From Felis catus (Eukaryota): a DNA stretch of 64,000 nt. The notes beneath the pieces are model-generated. The model was not told the origin of the DNA. It did not search any database and saw nothing but the letters and a program-made list of their open reading frames with translations. Each line of letters begins with the position of its first letter. Position 1 is the first letter of the stretch. Below are positions 50,890 to 63,500 of this stretch, piece after piece. A program made the position numbers and the translations under genes. The stretch spans positions 5,334,001-5,398,000 of the forward strand of contig NC_058369.1 of the NCBI RefSeq assembly GCF_018350175.1, in the 5' to 3' direction.

Positions 50890-52054
50890 AGAACATCAGC
50901 AAGATGGCAGGCAGAATGGGGAGCCTCAGACTTCCTTTCCCACGGGGACACACCAATTCAACCACACGTGGATTGAGTCCCTTTGTGAAAAGTTCAGACA
51001 CTACTTGAGGGGCTCCTGCACCCCCTCAAGCATGAGACCGGTTGCATCGAAGCCAGCAGGAAAGTGCCTGGCGCCTTCTCACCATAATCTCTCCCCGACC
51101 ACAGCACCACACAATCAGGAGGAAGCCCCCCAGCCGCCTTCTGATCCTTGAGGAGGGAAGGAAAGGACTGGGCTATAATCTAAAATTTGAAGGGGGCTGC
51201 CTGAGGGACTGATTTCTGTTATGCCTGAGTCTGAGCACTGGTGGGAAGGTGCCCCAGATCCGGAGCCACTGAGAACAAAGGGGAGGATTTGGACAAGTAT
51301 GTCCTCACTGGCTGCAGACCTTGACCTACGTCAACACAGAGCAAGTGGAACACACACCCCAAGTCCTAGCTGCCTGTGCAGGGAAAGAATTGGAGCATTC
51401 ACCCAACATTCGGGGTAGCTACCCAAAGAACTGGCTTCTGTGAGAGAGTCTTTTCTGGGAATCAACCAGCCCAAAAAAAAACCAAAAACCAAAAAACAAA
51501 ACACAAACACCTAACAACAACAACAACACATCTACCATTAAGGAAGCTTCAAGGAAATAACCCACCCAGATCACCCTGAATAGAGAAACAAAGTAAATGA
51601 GACTAACTCGTGTGAACAGAGCTTGCAAACACTTTTTTACCCAATTAAACAAACAGTATCAAGGGACAGAGACCACACAACAGTCATACTGAAACTGAAA
51701 GCACTTTAGAGGAAACAGACTGAGGGAAGAAATCAAAAAGAAACTCTTAGTAACATTAGAGCTATAACTGGCTAGAACCCAGAGGTAAAACTAAAAAGAC
51801 TGTATGTGAAAAAAAAATTTTTTTCTCTAAAGAAAAAGATCTGTTAGAATTTTTTTAATGATATGAGAAATGAAACAATTCAATAGGAGGATTAAAATAC
51901 AAAATGGGGACGGGGGGGCGCCTGGGGGGGGGCTCAGTCTATTGAACATCCAACTCAGCTCAGGTCATGATCACAGGGTCACAGGATGGAACCCCACGTG
52001 GGATCTCTGTGCTGAGCATGATGCCTGCTTGGAATTTTCTCTCTACCCCTGTTT

Positions 52055-52117
<63 letters not shown>

Positions 52118-52123
52118 AAATTA

Positions 52124-52176
<53 letters not shown>

Positions 52177-52400
52177 TGTGTGTGTGTGTGTGTATATACT
52201 ATATATATATAGTATAGTATAGGAAAACACCACAAAAGAACAAAAAAAAAAAACACAAAAGAACAAAAAGATGCAGAGAAAAACAGTAAAGAAATAGTAA
52301 ATCAGAGAATCAATCTAGATGGCCCAACATCAAAACAGTAGGCATTTCAGAAGTATGGAAATATGGGACAAGAAGTGTTTCCTGAATGAAACTTGTGAAT
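50890..52400 (+). mobile_element. Old L1 5' portion with a SINE and compound microsatellite (~52060-52215)
   Basis: CAAGATGGC start, ORF1-like A-rich remnants, (CT)n(CA)n An (TA)n(TG)n. Confidence 0.55.
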
Positions 52401-52420
52401 TTCAAGATTCAAAATTGCTC

Positions 52421-52711
52421 ACTCGTATGTGGAATTTAAGAAACAAAACATAGGGGAAGGGAAGGAAAAATAAGATAAAAACAGAGGGGGAGGCAAACCA
52501 CAAGAGACTCTTAACTATAGAGAACAAACTGGAGGAGAACAAACGGATGGAGGGCAGGTGGATTAAATGGCTGATGGGCATTGAGGAGGGCACTTGTGAT
52601 GCGCACTGGGTGTTGTATGTAAGCGATGAACCATTGAATTCTACTCCTGAAACCAATACAACGCTGTATATTAACTAACTTGAATTTAAATAAAATTTTG
52701 TAAAGAAAAAG
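52421..52711 (+). mobile_element. Short 5'-truncated carnivore L1 (3'UTR only)
   Basis: Similar to 37520-37800; TSD AAAATTGCTCA. Confidence 0.88.
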
Positions 52712-52877
52712 AAAATTGCTCAGCAGAATAAACAAAAAGAATGTACCGTATGGGATGCCCGGGTGGCTCAGTCGGTTAAGCATCCAACTTCAGCTCAAGT
52801 CATGATCTCACGGTTCGTGAGTTCGAGCCCCGCGTCGGGCTCTGTGCTGATGGCTCGGAGCCTGGAGCCTGCTTCAG

Positions 52878-52925
<48 letters not shown>

Positions 52926-53569
52926 CCCCTCCCCTGCTCGTGCTCTGTCTCCCTCTCAAAACTAAATATTCTTTTAAAGAAAGTTTTGAGACATTTACAT
53001 AAATGGGAAAACTTCGGATTAAAAAACAAAACCATAAACAGAAAAAGGCTGTTTCTTGCCAGCACACCTGGCCAAAACTCATCTGCCAACACCAGCAACA
53101 CCTGGCAGAACCGGTCCCATCATCATCCCTGGAGAGACTGTGTCACTAAAAACCACACGGTGTGATGGACCTCACCCAGAAAGATGACGTGAAACATCCC
53201 GATGTTTTATCCGCAGGCTGGTGAAATGAGACCTGCCCCTACGTAGCGTCGTGCGTCCTGTTTGCAAGGGACAAAGGTGAAAGGCAAGTCTCCTGCTGGT
53301 TCCTTCCGTACCTCGCTCTGCAGTCCACTGAGCTGGGGCCAGGAGCAGACCCATCTCACAGGGATTCCTGATAACACCTCCCTGGAATGCGTCACCCCCC
53401 ACTGGGCCCACCAGCTCCTCCTCCATCCAAGCAGTGAGGAACAACCCGTCAAGGGGCCGAAGGCATTGCATCAAAAGCCCCTTCTGGCTTCTCCTTCCCA
53501 CTGCAGAGAACGTTGATTACAGCGGAGTCAGGTGCCGCACATCTAAAATTTGTCCCAGCAGAACATGAG

Positions 53570-54170
53570 AAAACAATGGCACTGAGCCCTTAATGGGCCA
53601 CAGGAATGGTGGAGAGAGCACGGGCATGGGTGACCAAGGGGTGCTGGGCAGGGCCCTCCAAACACCACGGAACATTCTGAGCGGAAGGCTGAGGGGAGGA
53701 GTCTGTTTTAAGATAGAGGTTTATTATGATCCGGGCATGTGAGGCCAATGGGTTAGGAGAGCACTGCCATTGAAAGGCTGCCTTGTTACTCACAGTTCCC
53801 AAGGGGAGGGGTTGTGGCACAGCATCAGGGTCCCCTCAGAGAAGCACCAGGGTCAGGCAGGAGACAGGCTTAGGACCCCCTAGTTTGAATAATTTCAGGG
53901 GCTGTCCCTTGTCGTCTGGTACCTGGCTCTGGGGTGGTCAGTGGAGGAGGACAGTGGCCCTGAGTGTGAAAGCCCCGCAGAGGAGGGGGAAGGGAACATG
54001 GGCTCTGGATTGGATGCTTTGCCCACGAAAGGTACACTGGGAAGCAAGGTGTGTGCCATCTCTAGGAATCAGCTAGCCCTGGGCGGAGAGTCTCTCCCAG
54101 GTGAGCAAGGCCCCAAGGTGTCCAAGCACCAAAATTATAGAATGAAAAGGCATGATCAATACAATGTTTC
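53570..54170 (-). mobile_element. Probable old ERV LTR fragment (MER21-like)
   Basis: TTACTCACAGTTCCCAAG..GGCTTAGGA..TAGTTTGAATAATTTCAG motifs, matched from recalled consensus only. Confidence 0.4.
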
Positions 54171-54558
54171 CATTTGTTCTCCGGGGTTTATGGCAAGATT
54201 GCTCTGCTAATCAGTGGTTCTCAGTACGGGTTACACAGTAGATTCACCTGGAAGTTTTTGACGATGTGACGCTTGGTTCCCACTGCAGGTCAAGTGGGTC
54301 AGCAGTGTTGGGGAGTGGTACCTCCAAACTGAAGAATGGTCGGAACTGCTCACTCAACAGAGCTAGAGAGGGGAGCCTGGGTCCCGCAAAAGTGGCATTT
54401 CCCCCATGTGAACAACACGCTCAACTCAGCAACCTGATCCTCTCTGGGGAGAGATCCACAGAAGGCTTCCGTTGTGTTTGTTGTGGTTTTGTTGCCTGTG
54501 TTGGGTGCATACACACAGGCACTTGAATGTGTGTGTGGAGTGTAGATGTGTGTGTGTT

Positions 54559-55610
54559 CAGTCAAGCCTCATTATTCAGAGTCCGCATTTGAGAACCCGC
54601 CTGATTTTTTTGTAGTTTATTTATTTTGAGAAAGAGAGAAATACAAGACAGGCAGAGAGAGAGAGAGAGGGAGAGAGAGAGGTTCCCAAGCAGGTTCCCT
54701 ACCGGTAGGGCAGAGCCTGATGCAGGGCTCAAACTCACGCACCGTGAGATCGTGACCCGAGCCGAAACCAAGAGTCCGCTGCTCCACCGACTGAGCCCCC
54801 CAGGAGCCCTACTTGAATTTATTTGTAATCGCAAACTCAGTACTTCTGGGACTTTCACGGTCATTTGCAGACACACACAGAGCAACGAAACATCTGAGTT
54901 GCCTACATGCCTCTTTCCCACCGAGATCCAACAAGGCAAATGGTGTGCTTTCTTGTTCTGCTCTCAGACCATACACAAGCGCCCTTTTCACGGTCTGTTT
55001 AGTGCCCCAGGTTTCACAGTTTTGTACTTTCCACCCATGGTTTCACTGTTTAAATTGGCCCAAAGCATAGTGCTGCCTAGAGCTCCCTCGTGCAAGAAGC
55101 CTGCACTGTGCCTTGCAGAGAAAATGCATGTGTTAGACAAGCTTCATTCAGGCTTCAGGTATAGTGAGTGATGCTGGCTGTGAGTTCAGTGTTACTAAGG
55201 TCAATAATGCATATTGAATGTATCTTTAAACAGAAACACACAGGGGCACCTAGGTGGCTCAGTTAAGCGTCCACCTTCAGCTCAGGTCATGTTCTCACGG
55301 TTCGTGGGTTCCAACTTCAGCTCAGGTCATGTTCTCACGGTTCGTGGGTTCGAGCCCCGCGTCGGGCTCTGTGCTGACCGCTCAGAGCCTGGAACCTGCT
55401 TCGGATTCGGTGTTTCCCTCTCTCTCTCTGCCCCTTCCCTGTTCTCCCTCTCTCTTGCTCTCAAAAATAAGTAAACATTAAAAAAATTAAATAAAAAAAG
55501 AAGTATGCCTTCTAATTTAAACAGATCAGTTGGCTAGTTGATGAAAAGGTAACCAGAGGTCAGTAGTCACTCCGTGTGAGTCGTGACGTTGTAGAACATT
55601 AACCACCACA
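54559..55610 (+). mobile_element. TcMar-Tigger (Tigger4/MER46-like) remnant split by two Can-SINEs
   Basis: CAGTCAAGCCTCATTATTC..CGCATTTGAGAA..AATTTATTTGTAA..AAAATGCATGTGTTAGACAAGCTTCATTCAGGC. Confidence 0.65.
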
Positions 55611-56839
55611 ATAAACAAACACAAGCAGCCTGAGCAGTCTTGCTATAAACCCTGGAGAACAAATAGGAACACTGTATCCGTCATGTCTTTTATTCTGTAC
55701 TTTTTCGGCTCTATCGAGATATAACTGACAGGCAATGCTGTGTAAAGCGTTAGGCGTAGAATGACGGATACACTTACCAATTGCAAAACTGTTACCACCA
55801 GGTGTTTTACGTCATCACTGTTTTTGTGGTGAGAACAGGTGCACTGGCTTTTCAGCTTTCAAGTATGTAACACAGTATTGTTAACTACAGTGACTACCAT
55901 ACATTAGAGCCTCAGAACTTACTCATAACTAGAAGTTTGTACCCTTTGACCAACATCACCCTTTCCCCCACCCCCCAGCCCCTGGTAACCACCATTCTAC
56001 TCTCTGTTTCTACAGATTCAGCTTTGTTCGAGTCCACATATAAGCGAGATCACGCAGCGTCTGTCTTTCTCTGACTTGCTTACTTCGCGTAATGCCCTCA
56101 AGTGTCATCCAAGCTGTGCAAACGGCAGGGGTTCCTTTTTTCTCGTGGCTACATAACATTCATATCTCTATATAAAGCTTTCTTGTGAGCAGTTTTCCTT
56201 TCGTCTCCCAGATGTCCGCAAGGCTCCAGACAAGGCTTCTCAAAGTCCAGCCAGCCAACCAGGAGCATCAGCATTACTTGGAAGTTTCTTAGGAATGCAA
56301 ATTGGGGGGGGGGGGGGCGGGGGGGGCTGGACCTGCTGAATCAGAATCTCTGGGCAGGATCAGAACTCTGTGTTTTAACAAGCCCGCCTGAAGATGCTCA
56401 TACACATTGAAGCATGAGAACCGCTGATCCAAGAGAACTCCCTCACAACCCCAGACTCCCGGTCCATCCTTTCTGATGGTCAGGAGAAATTAAGAATTTG
56501 AGAATGTTAAAAAAAAAAAAAAAAAAAGGAGGGGAAGGGGGACAGGACGGGAGGATGGGGAGGGGAGGGGGCAGGAGGAGGAGAAGCAGAATTTCAAAAT
56601 GCTGAACATCCAAATCACCTGATCTCCACTGGCTTCACATTAAGATCTCCTGGGAGCTTTAAACAATCACGGATGCTTGGTCCCCATCTGCAGAACTCTG
56701 ATGCAGTCGGTCGGGGACGGGGGGCAGCCAGAACACGGAGATTTTTTTTTTTTTTTTTTTTTAATTCATCTGGCGATCCTAATTTGCAACCAAGGCTGTG
56801 AACTGGACGAAGGAAAGAAAAAGAAGCTGGTGGTCTTGG

Positions 56840-56854
56840 GCGCCCCCTGTTGGC
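56840..56854 (-). promoter_or_regulatory. Candidate CTCF site
   Basis: Reverse complement GCCAACAGGGGGCGC versus consensus CCAGCAGGGGGCGC, within a CpG-rich patch. Confidence 0.65.
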
Positions 56855-57016
56855 AGGAAGCTATACAACTCGACTCCCCGCGACCGCAGACGCAGGTGGA
56901 AAGCCTCGCGGCCCACGCAGGTGTCAGATAAGCCCGCGGCCCGGATCTGAAGCCGGGAGGGCGCAAAAAAAAAAAAAAAAAAAGAAGCTTTTTCAAGAGA
57001 CATGCCCATCTTAAAA

Positions 57017-57229
57017 TTTTTTTTTTCAACATTTATTTATTTTTGGGACAGAGAGAGACAGAACATGAACGGGAGAGGGGCAGAGAGAGAGGGAGACACA
57101 GCATCGGAAACAGGCTCCAGGCTCCGAGCCATCAGCCCAGAGCCCGACGCGGGGCTCGAACTCACGGACCGCGAGATCGTGACCTGGCTGAAGTCGGACG
57201 CTTAACCGACTGCGCCACCCAGGCGCCCC
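57017..57229 (-). mobile_element. Young SINEC_Fc
   Basis: TSD GAGACATGCCCATCTTAA. Confidence 0.95.
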
Positions 57230-59121
57230 GAGACATGCCCATCTTAATCCCTAATTCCACTGCAGAGCTGTTGCTCAGATGTTTCCACCTCTTGGTTACT
57301 CACACGCACAAGACGTGTAATTTGTGTAACCGTCAGTAGCGCTTACGATGTACCAGCCACTGACCTAAACACTTCACAAATAATAACTCGTCCATCTACA
57401 TCGCTGCCCTTGGAAGTCAGTACCATTATTACCTCCAACCTTATTACCTTCTTACCTTAAACCCCAGCAGCTGGCTCCAGATCGGTGGTCTTGACCACAT
57501 CGTCGCCTTGTTGCCTCTCATCACGATGCTCGCTGTCCTGTTTGCCGTGGTATCCACGAATCTGGCGTCTATTATGTGGCAGACGCAATAGGGGAAACTG
57601 AGGCCAATGCGTTCTAGCCTCCATTTCCACTGTTCCAGATGAATCTTAGACCTCACACTTTTCCAGGATACTTTTCGGTCACTGCAGTAGCTCAGAGATC
57701 TGGGTTCAAAAAGATTTGAAGCAATCTGCACCATCCCAGCTGTGTGACTTTGGGCAAATTACTTCACCTTTCTGAGCCTTTATTCCCCCATCAGAAAACA
57801 ATGAACCCAGCACCCTCAAGATGCAGTTACAATTGACCTGACCCCCATTCCAAGCTATCACTCAACACCCCTTTCACTCACCGTGATGATTCTTTAAGGG
57901 GGGGGGGGATGTTTATTTTTGTCTTCAATGGCTGTAACCTAAATTCACCAAAGTATGTTTTAAGGGCTCAAGGGTCCATCCTGCAGGTCTGTTGAGTGAT
58001 TCGGGAAAACGGAAAATAGCTCCCCTTCTGCAAACACCTGTATCACCAAGGATACCAAAGGCTGGGCTCTGAACATGGGCTATTCAGTTCTTTATGTAAC
58101 AGTCTGTCTGAACTGAACATGTCTTTCTAAGATGCCGATGCTTACAACACTATTACAACCTCATACATTACGGTAGCTATAATTAAAAAGCAAAAAGCAA
58201 AAAAAAAAAAAAAAGACAAAAACAAGTGTTAAGGATGTGGAGAGATTGGCACCCCCACATTGCCAGTGGGAATGGAAAATGGTGCGGCCCCTATGGAAAA
58301 TAATATCATGGTCTCTCAAAATATTCTGACACATGCTTCAACATAGCAGAACTCTGAGGACATTGTGCTCTGTGAAATAAGCAAGTCACAGAAGGACAGA
58401 TACAGTAGGCGTTCACTCATAGGAGGTCCCTAGAAGAGTCCCATCCGCAGGGACAGAAAGTAGGTGGTGGCAGCCAGGGGTGGGAGGGGGGCTGGGGAGT
58501 TGGCACTTAATGCGGACAGCGTTCATTTCTTGCACATACGTTATCCAGAAGGGGGTGCATTGGGGAAGAAGGAATTGTCTCAAATAAGGACAGCCGGCTC
58601 CAAAACGGATCAGGAGGGTTGCCTCCAAACCCACTTCTGGTGGTGCTAAGTATCATCTGTTAGTTAAAACAAATCAATTAAGTGTGTGTGTGTGCATGTG
58701 TGTGTGTGTGTGCGTGTGTGCGTGTGTGTGTGCGTGTAATGGTAGAAATTGCCAGCACAAGAGCTGAATAAGTCACCGGAAGATAGAAGTAAGAAGGCCT
58801 CATCTCCTAGTTGTGTCCAGGTTTAATCCTGGCCCAAGAGTGAGGTCGAGTTTTTAATTTTGTTTGTGGTCTGATCTGTGTTTTTGGAAATGTTCATTTA
58901 CTTAGCAATTTATTGAGGGTCTGGGTCCTTCCCCACCTCCAGCTCTATTGAGATGTAACTGACATATAACATTGCAGTGAGTTTAAGTTGTACAAGGCGC
59001 TGATTTGATACATCTGTACATTGTAAAATACTTACCATTAAAAATAGAATTACCCTCCCCTGTTCATGCTTTGTCTCTCTGTCCCAAAAATAAATAAAAA
59101 GCGTTGAAAAAAAAATTTAAA

Positions 59122-59335
59122 GGGGCGCCTGGGTGGCGCAGTCGGTTAAGCGTCCGACTTCAGCCAGGTCACGATCTCGCGGTCCGTGAGTTCGAGCCCC
59201 GCGTCGGGCTCTGGGCTGATGGCTCAGAGCCTGGAGCCTGTTTCCGATTCTGTGTCTCCCTCTCTCTCTGCCCCTCCCCCGTTCATGCTCTGCCTCTCTC
59301 TGTCCCAAAAATAAATAAACGTTGAAAAAAAAAAA
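59122..59335 (+). mobile_element. Young SINEC_Fc, preceded by a SINE 3' fragment (~59054-59115)
   Basis: Near-consensus copy. Confidence 0.92.
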
Positions 59336-59884
59336 GAATTTTAAAGAGATATTTGCACAACCAGGTTCAGAGCAGCATTAATCACGATAACTAAAACATG
59401 GAAGCAATCCAAATGCATCAACAGATGAACGGATAAGCAAAATGGGGTGTATACACACAGTGGAATATTATTCAGCCTTAAAAAAGGACAGAAATTCCCT
59501 GATTCTGCCCTGTCCCGTTTATCTTACTGAGGGCTCCCTTTTTGGATCCCACAGAGACCCCTCCCACTGAGGGGAAGCAGAAGTCGCCCCTGGAGAGAAG
59601 ACAGACACCTCTTCATCACCATCACCATGTGGTAGAGAGAGGGAAGGGAAGTCAGGGCAGGCTTCCAAGGGGAGGTGGCATCTTGCTACGATTCGAAGAG
59701 GCAAGTTCCCGGTCTACAGGAATGGGGCGAGGTGTAGAAAACAGCAGAAGAATCAAAGAACAGGACGGGGGTGTCTGTGCCTCCCCTGGCACCCCACCCC
59801 AGGCAGGCTTTTGTTTCCCTTAGGAAACCAGGAGGACAAACCAGCTAGCCAATCACCTTCTGATTAATATTCTAAGAGGCAATA

Positions 59885-60334
59885 TTTTATTTTTTTAATG
59901 TTTATTTATTTTTGAGAGAGAGACAGAGACAGAGCATGAGCGGGGAGGGGCAGGGAGAGGAGGGGACACAGCATCCGAAGCGGCTCCAGGCTCCCAGCTG
60001 TCAGCACAGCTCGCACCCACGCACGGAGAGATCATGACCTGAGCCCAAGCTGGATGCTTAACCGACCGAGCCACCCAGGCGCCCCATAAAGGTTACTGTT
60101 TTTGTTGTTTTTTTTTTTTTTAATTTTTTTTCAACGTTTATTTATTTTTGGGACAGAGGGAGACAGAGCATGAACCGGGGAGGGGCAGAGAGAGAGGGAG
60201 ACACAGAATCGGAAACTGGCTCCAGGCTCCGAGCCATCAGCCCAGAGCCCGACGCGGGGCTCGAACTCACGGACCGCGAGATCGTGACCTGGCTGAAGTC
60301 GGACGCTTAACCGACTGCGCCACCCAGGCGCCCC
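59885..60334 (-). mobile_element. Two tandem antisense Can-SINEs upstream of ACTL9
   Basis: ~59885-60085 and ~60124-60334; the second has TSD GGTTACTGTTTTT. Confidence 0.9.
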
Positions 60335-60599
60335 AAGGGTTACTGTTTTTAATTAAATTAATTTTAAGATGAAATTCTAAGGAAGCACCAAGAGAAGGAT
60401 TCTTGGGTCTTCCTGGGCTCTGGATCGGGGAGCTGGTCTCTCCTTGGGCACCCTCTAGCCTGCTTCTCCAAACTTGCCGCTTTGGAGGGGCATCCAGAAT
60501 AGAGGAGTATCCTGGCAGCTTTCTGGGATAGGCTCATCCCCTTCGCCTTCCCCTTCCCTTCCCCTGCATTGTGAAGTCTTTTGAAGGGGGCAGCCAGCA

Positions 60600-60645
60600 G
60601 GGTGATGACATGAGGGTGACAGGGTGATATGAGGGTGATGTCATA
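60600..60645 (+). promoter_or_regulatory. Putative ACTL9 promoter with CRE-like motifs
   Basis: Four GGGTGA repeats including TGATGACA and TGATGTCA, 140-185 nt upstream of the ATG. Confidence 0.4.
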
Positions 60646-60785
60646 GACCACTGGTCCGTCCCCTCCCTCCGCATGTGCCTGCCCTGCTCGCGTCTCAGCC
60701 TTTTCTCCTCACACCCCTGCCCCGCCCCCACCCCCAGAGGAAAGCGGTCAGCCTTGCCAAGCAGCCCACCCAGCCACCTGCAGCC

Positions 60786-62036
60786 ATGGACGCCAACCAC
60801 TCCGGGTGCACGAAGCCCCAGCCCTCCCCAGAGGCCCCCAGGCCTGGCGCGAACCCCGGCTCAATCCTGGCGAACGAGACCCTGCGGCAGGAGCCCCCCA
60901 GCATGGTGGGCGACAGGTTGCCACCAAAGACCGGCGCGGTGGTCATCGACATGGGCACAGGCACCTGTAAGGTGGGCTTCGCGGGCCAGGCCCGGCCCGC
61001 CTACACCGTGGCCACCATCGTGGGCTGCCAGCCCAAGAAGCCGTCCTTCCCCCGGCAGGCGGCGCTGGAGACTTTCATCGGCGAGGCCGCCCGCAAGCGC
61101 CCGGAGCTGACGCTGGTGCAGCCGGTGCGTAACGGCATCGTGGTGGACTGGGACGCCGCCGAGCTCATCTGGCGCCACCTGCTGGAGCACGACCTCCGCG
61201 CGGCCCCTCGGGACCACCCGCTGCTGTTCTCCGACCCGCCCTTCAGCCCCAGCACCAACCGCGAGAAGCTGGTGGAGGTGGCCTTCGAGTCGCTGCGCTG
61301 CCCCGCCACGTACGTGGCCTCGCAGGCCGTGCTGTCCGTCTACGCGCACGGGCGGGTCAGCGGGCTGGTGGTGGACGCCGGCCACGGCGTCACCTGCGCG
61401 GCGGCGGTTTTCCAGGGCTACAACCTGCCGCACGCCACCGAGCGCCTGGACCTGGCGGGCACCCACCTGACCGCCTTCCTGGCGGAGACGCTCCTCGGCC
61501 CGGGCCTGCCGCCGGGCCAGCACGAGCTGGACACGGTCGAGGCCATCAAGCATCGCTACTGCTACGTGGCCCCCGACTTCCTCCAGGCGCAGGCGCGACC
61601 CGAGCGGGAATGCCGCCAGACCCTGAGGCTGCCCGACGGGCGGACGCTCACGCTGGGCAAGGAGCTGTTCCAGTGCCCCGAGCTGCTGTTCAGCCCCCCG
61701 GAGATGCCGGGGCTGTCGCCCGCGGGCGTCCCCGCCATGGCCGGACGGAGCCTTCGCAAGGTGCCCCCGGAGGCGCGCGCGGACGTGGCCCAGAACGTGC
61801 TGCTCTGCGGGGGCTCCTCGCTCTTCCCGGGGTTCGAGGGCCGCTTCAGGGCGGAGCTTTTGCGCCGCCAGCCCCCGGAGGCCCATGTGGTGGTGGCGGC
61901 GCAGCCTACCAGAAACTTCTCGGTGTGGAGGGGGGGCTCTATCCTGGCCTCGCTGCGCGCCTTCCAGGCCTGCTGGGTCCTGCGGGAGCAGTACGAAGAG
62001 CAGGGACCGCACATCGTCTACCGCAAATGCTACTGA
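60786..62036 (+). CDS. ACTL9: Actin-like protein 9 (416 aa, intronless)
   Basis: Kozak GCAGCCATGG; AVVIDMGTGTCKVGFAG, NREKLVEVAFE, LPDGR, NVLLCGGSSLF and EQYEEQGPHIVYRKCY; same length as recalled human ACTL9; variant polyA signal ACTAAA at 62081. Confidence 0.96.
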   Translation: MDANHSGCTKPQPSPEAPRPGANPGSILANETLRQEPPSMVGDRLPPKTGAVVIDMGTGTCKVGFAGQARPAYTVATIVGCQPKKPSFPRQAALETFIGEAARKRPELTLVQPVRNGIVVDWDAAELIWRHLLEHDLRAAPRDHPLLFSDPPFSPSTNREKLVEVAFESLRCPATYVASQAVLSVYAHGRVSGLVVDAGHGVTCAAAVFQGYNLPHATERLDLAGTHLTAFLAETLLGPGLPPGQHELDTVEAIKHRYCYVAPDFLQAQARPERECRQTLRLPDGRTLTLGKELFQCPELLFSPPEMPGLSPAGVPAMAGRSLRKVPPEARADVAQNVLLCGGSSLFPGFEGRFRAELLRRQPPEAHVVVAAQPTRNFSVWRGGSILASLRAFQACWVLREQYEEQGPHIVYRKCY

Positions 62037-62099
62037 CCCCCGAAGGTGCGGGGGCGGCGGGGCGGGGTGGGGGGGGGGGCACTAAAGCTTCCAATACCC

Positions 62100-63500
62100 A
62101 GCCGGCTCTGTCCTGCCTTGACCCAGGGCCCAGCCCGGTCCACTCCCGGGCCTGCCCACCCTGGCTCACCTCGGGTTCTGACCCCACCAAGATCTGCCTC
62201 CCGGACATCCTGCTTCTTTCCTGCCCTAACTCACCTCCCATGATGCAACCCCAGAAGCACCCAGTTCGGACTCCCTGAAACCCGCCCCTCCACGATCAAG
62301 CCCCAACGCGCCACCTTTTGTCCTAACCCTGTCACACCCACCTCCCATGATCCCTCCCCCATCCCAAGGCACTCTCAGGCTGGGACCCCTCACCAAGCCC
62401 ACCCCCAAGACATCCCCAGATTCTCACCCCCTAATCTCACCCCCATGATCTATTGCTTTTGATATAGATCTCCCCCCGCCAAGTTTCTCCTAGGCTCTAA
62501 GCCCCAGTCCACTCCCTACTATATCCCTCAAGGACCCCCAACCCATCTCCATAACCTGCTCCTCCCCAAGGAATCTGCACCAGGTGCTCCAGCCCCCCCC
62601 CAGAACCCTCATGATGGAATAGAAGCACCCTCAGAATCTTGCCCCACTTCTAATCCCCCAAACACATCCCACCAAGACACCCCTAGTTCAAGCACCCCAA
62701 ATCCACCCCTTCATTGGTTTCCCCCGTCTTATTATCCCAAGTTCTCCCATACCCTGGTATTCCAAGCATCCCCCCCACAGGTGCTGAAACTCCGCACCCA
62801 CCACAAAGACCCATGTTCTGATCTTGAAGGGTCTCCCCTGCACCAAAGCATCCTCTGGTGTCCAAAGCCCTTTCCCCAAATGTATCCTCCCCCATAACTC
62901 TGTCCTCGCTGCATGATTTGTTCTCCCAGACTCCTTTCTTCCATCTCACACCCACCCCCCCACCTGTGCCCCCCAAAGAACACTATGTTCTGAACCCCCA
63001 GACCCCCCCCCCGGATAGCCCCACTGCTCTCAGCTCTGTGCCTCCCCCAGAAATATTCCCACATGGCCTGCCTTACAGCGCACCTCCTGACCCCACTCCT
63101 CAGCCCTTCACATCTTCTCAGGAAGGTTCCAGTCCCCAGGACCATCCCATGATCACCCTCACTAATGCCCTAGGCCCTCCCCTGTGTTCTGAGCCCCCTG
63201 ACTTTCTCCCCAAAGACACTCTCCTAGGGTCACCCCATGATGAACCCCTAGGACATTCTACCCCAGGATTTTCAGACTCCCTAGAACCCCACCCCCTACA
63301 TCCAGCCCCCCTCCACACCCCACCCCATTAGTTGAGACACCCAACAGCCAGCGATATTCCTGAGGGTTGCCCAGCCCACCTGGGCTCCACCTGGACACTG
63401 GCTCCCTCCTGCCCCATACACAGGTCCCCAGGGGCCAAATGTCCTGAGCTGTCCCTCCACAGAGGCTGGGCATTCTCCCCAGAAGCCACCCTGGGTCCCC
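62100..63500 (+). repeat. C-rich low-complexity region
   Basis: Dense C runs, degenerate CCCATGATC/CCCCAAG units, strong C/G skew. Confidence 0.6.

Noticed and set aside
6637..60334. Recurring short ORFs (MAQSVK..SAQVMIS, GQRETEHERGRGRERG) and tRNA-like heads
   Set aside because: All are Can-SINE copies, not genes or true tRNAs
60675..60785. 37-aa N-terminal extension of ACTL9 in the ORF track
   Set aside because: Starts at GTG; the ATG at 60786 has a strong Kozak context and gives the expected 416 aa
60861..62278. 383-aa antisense and 222-aa alternative-frame ORFs over ACTL9
   Set aside because: Expected shadow ORFs of a very GC-rich CDS; no recognisable motifs
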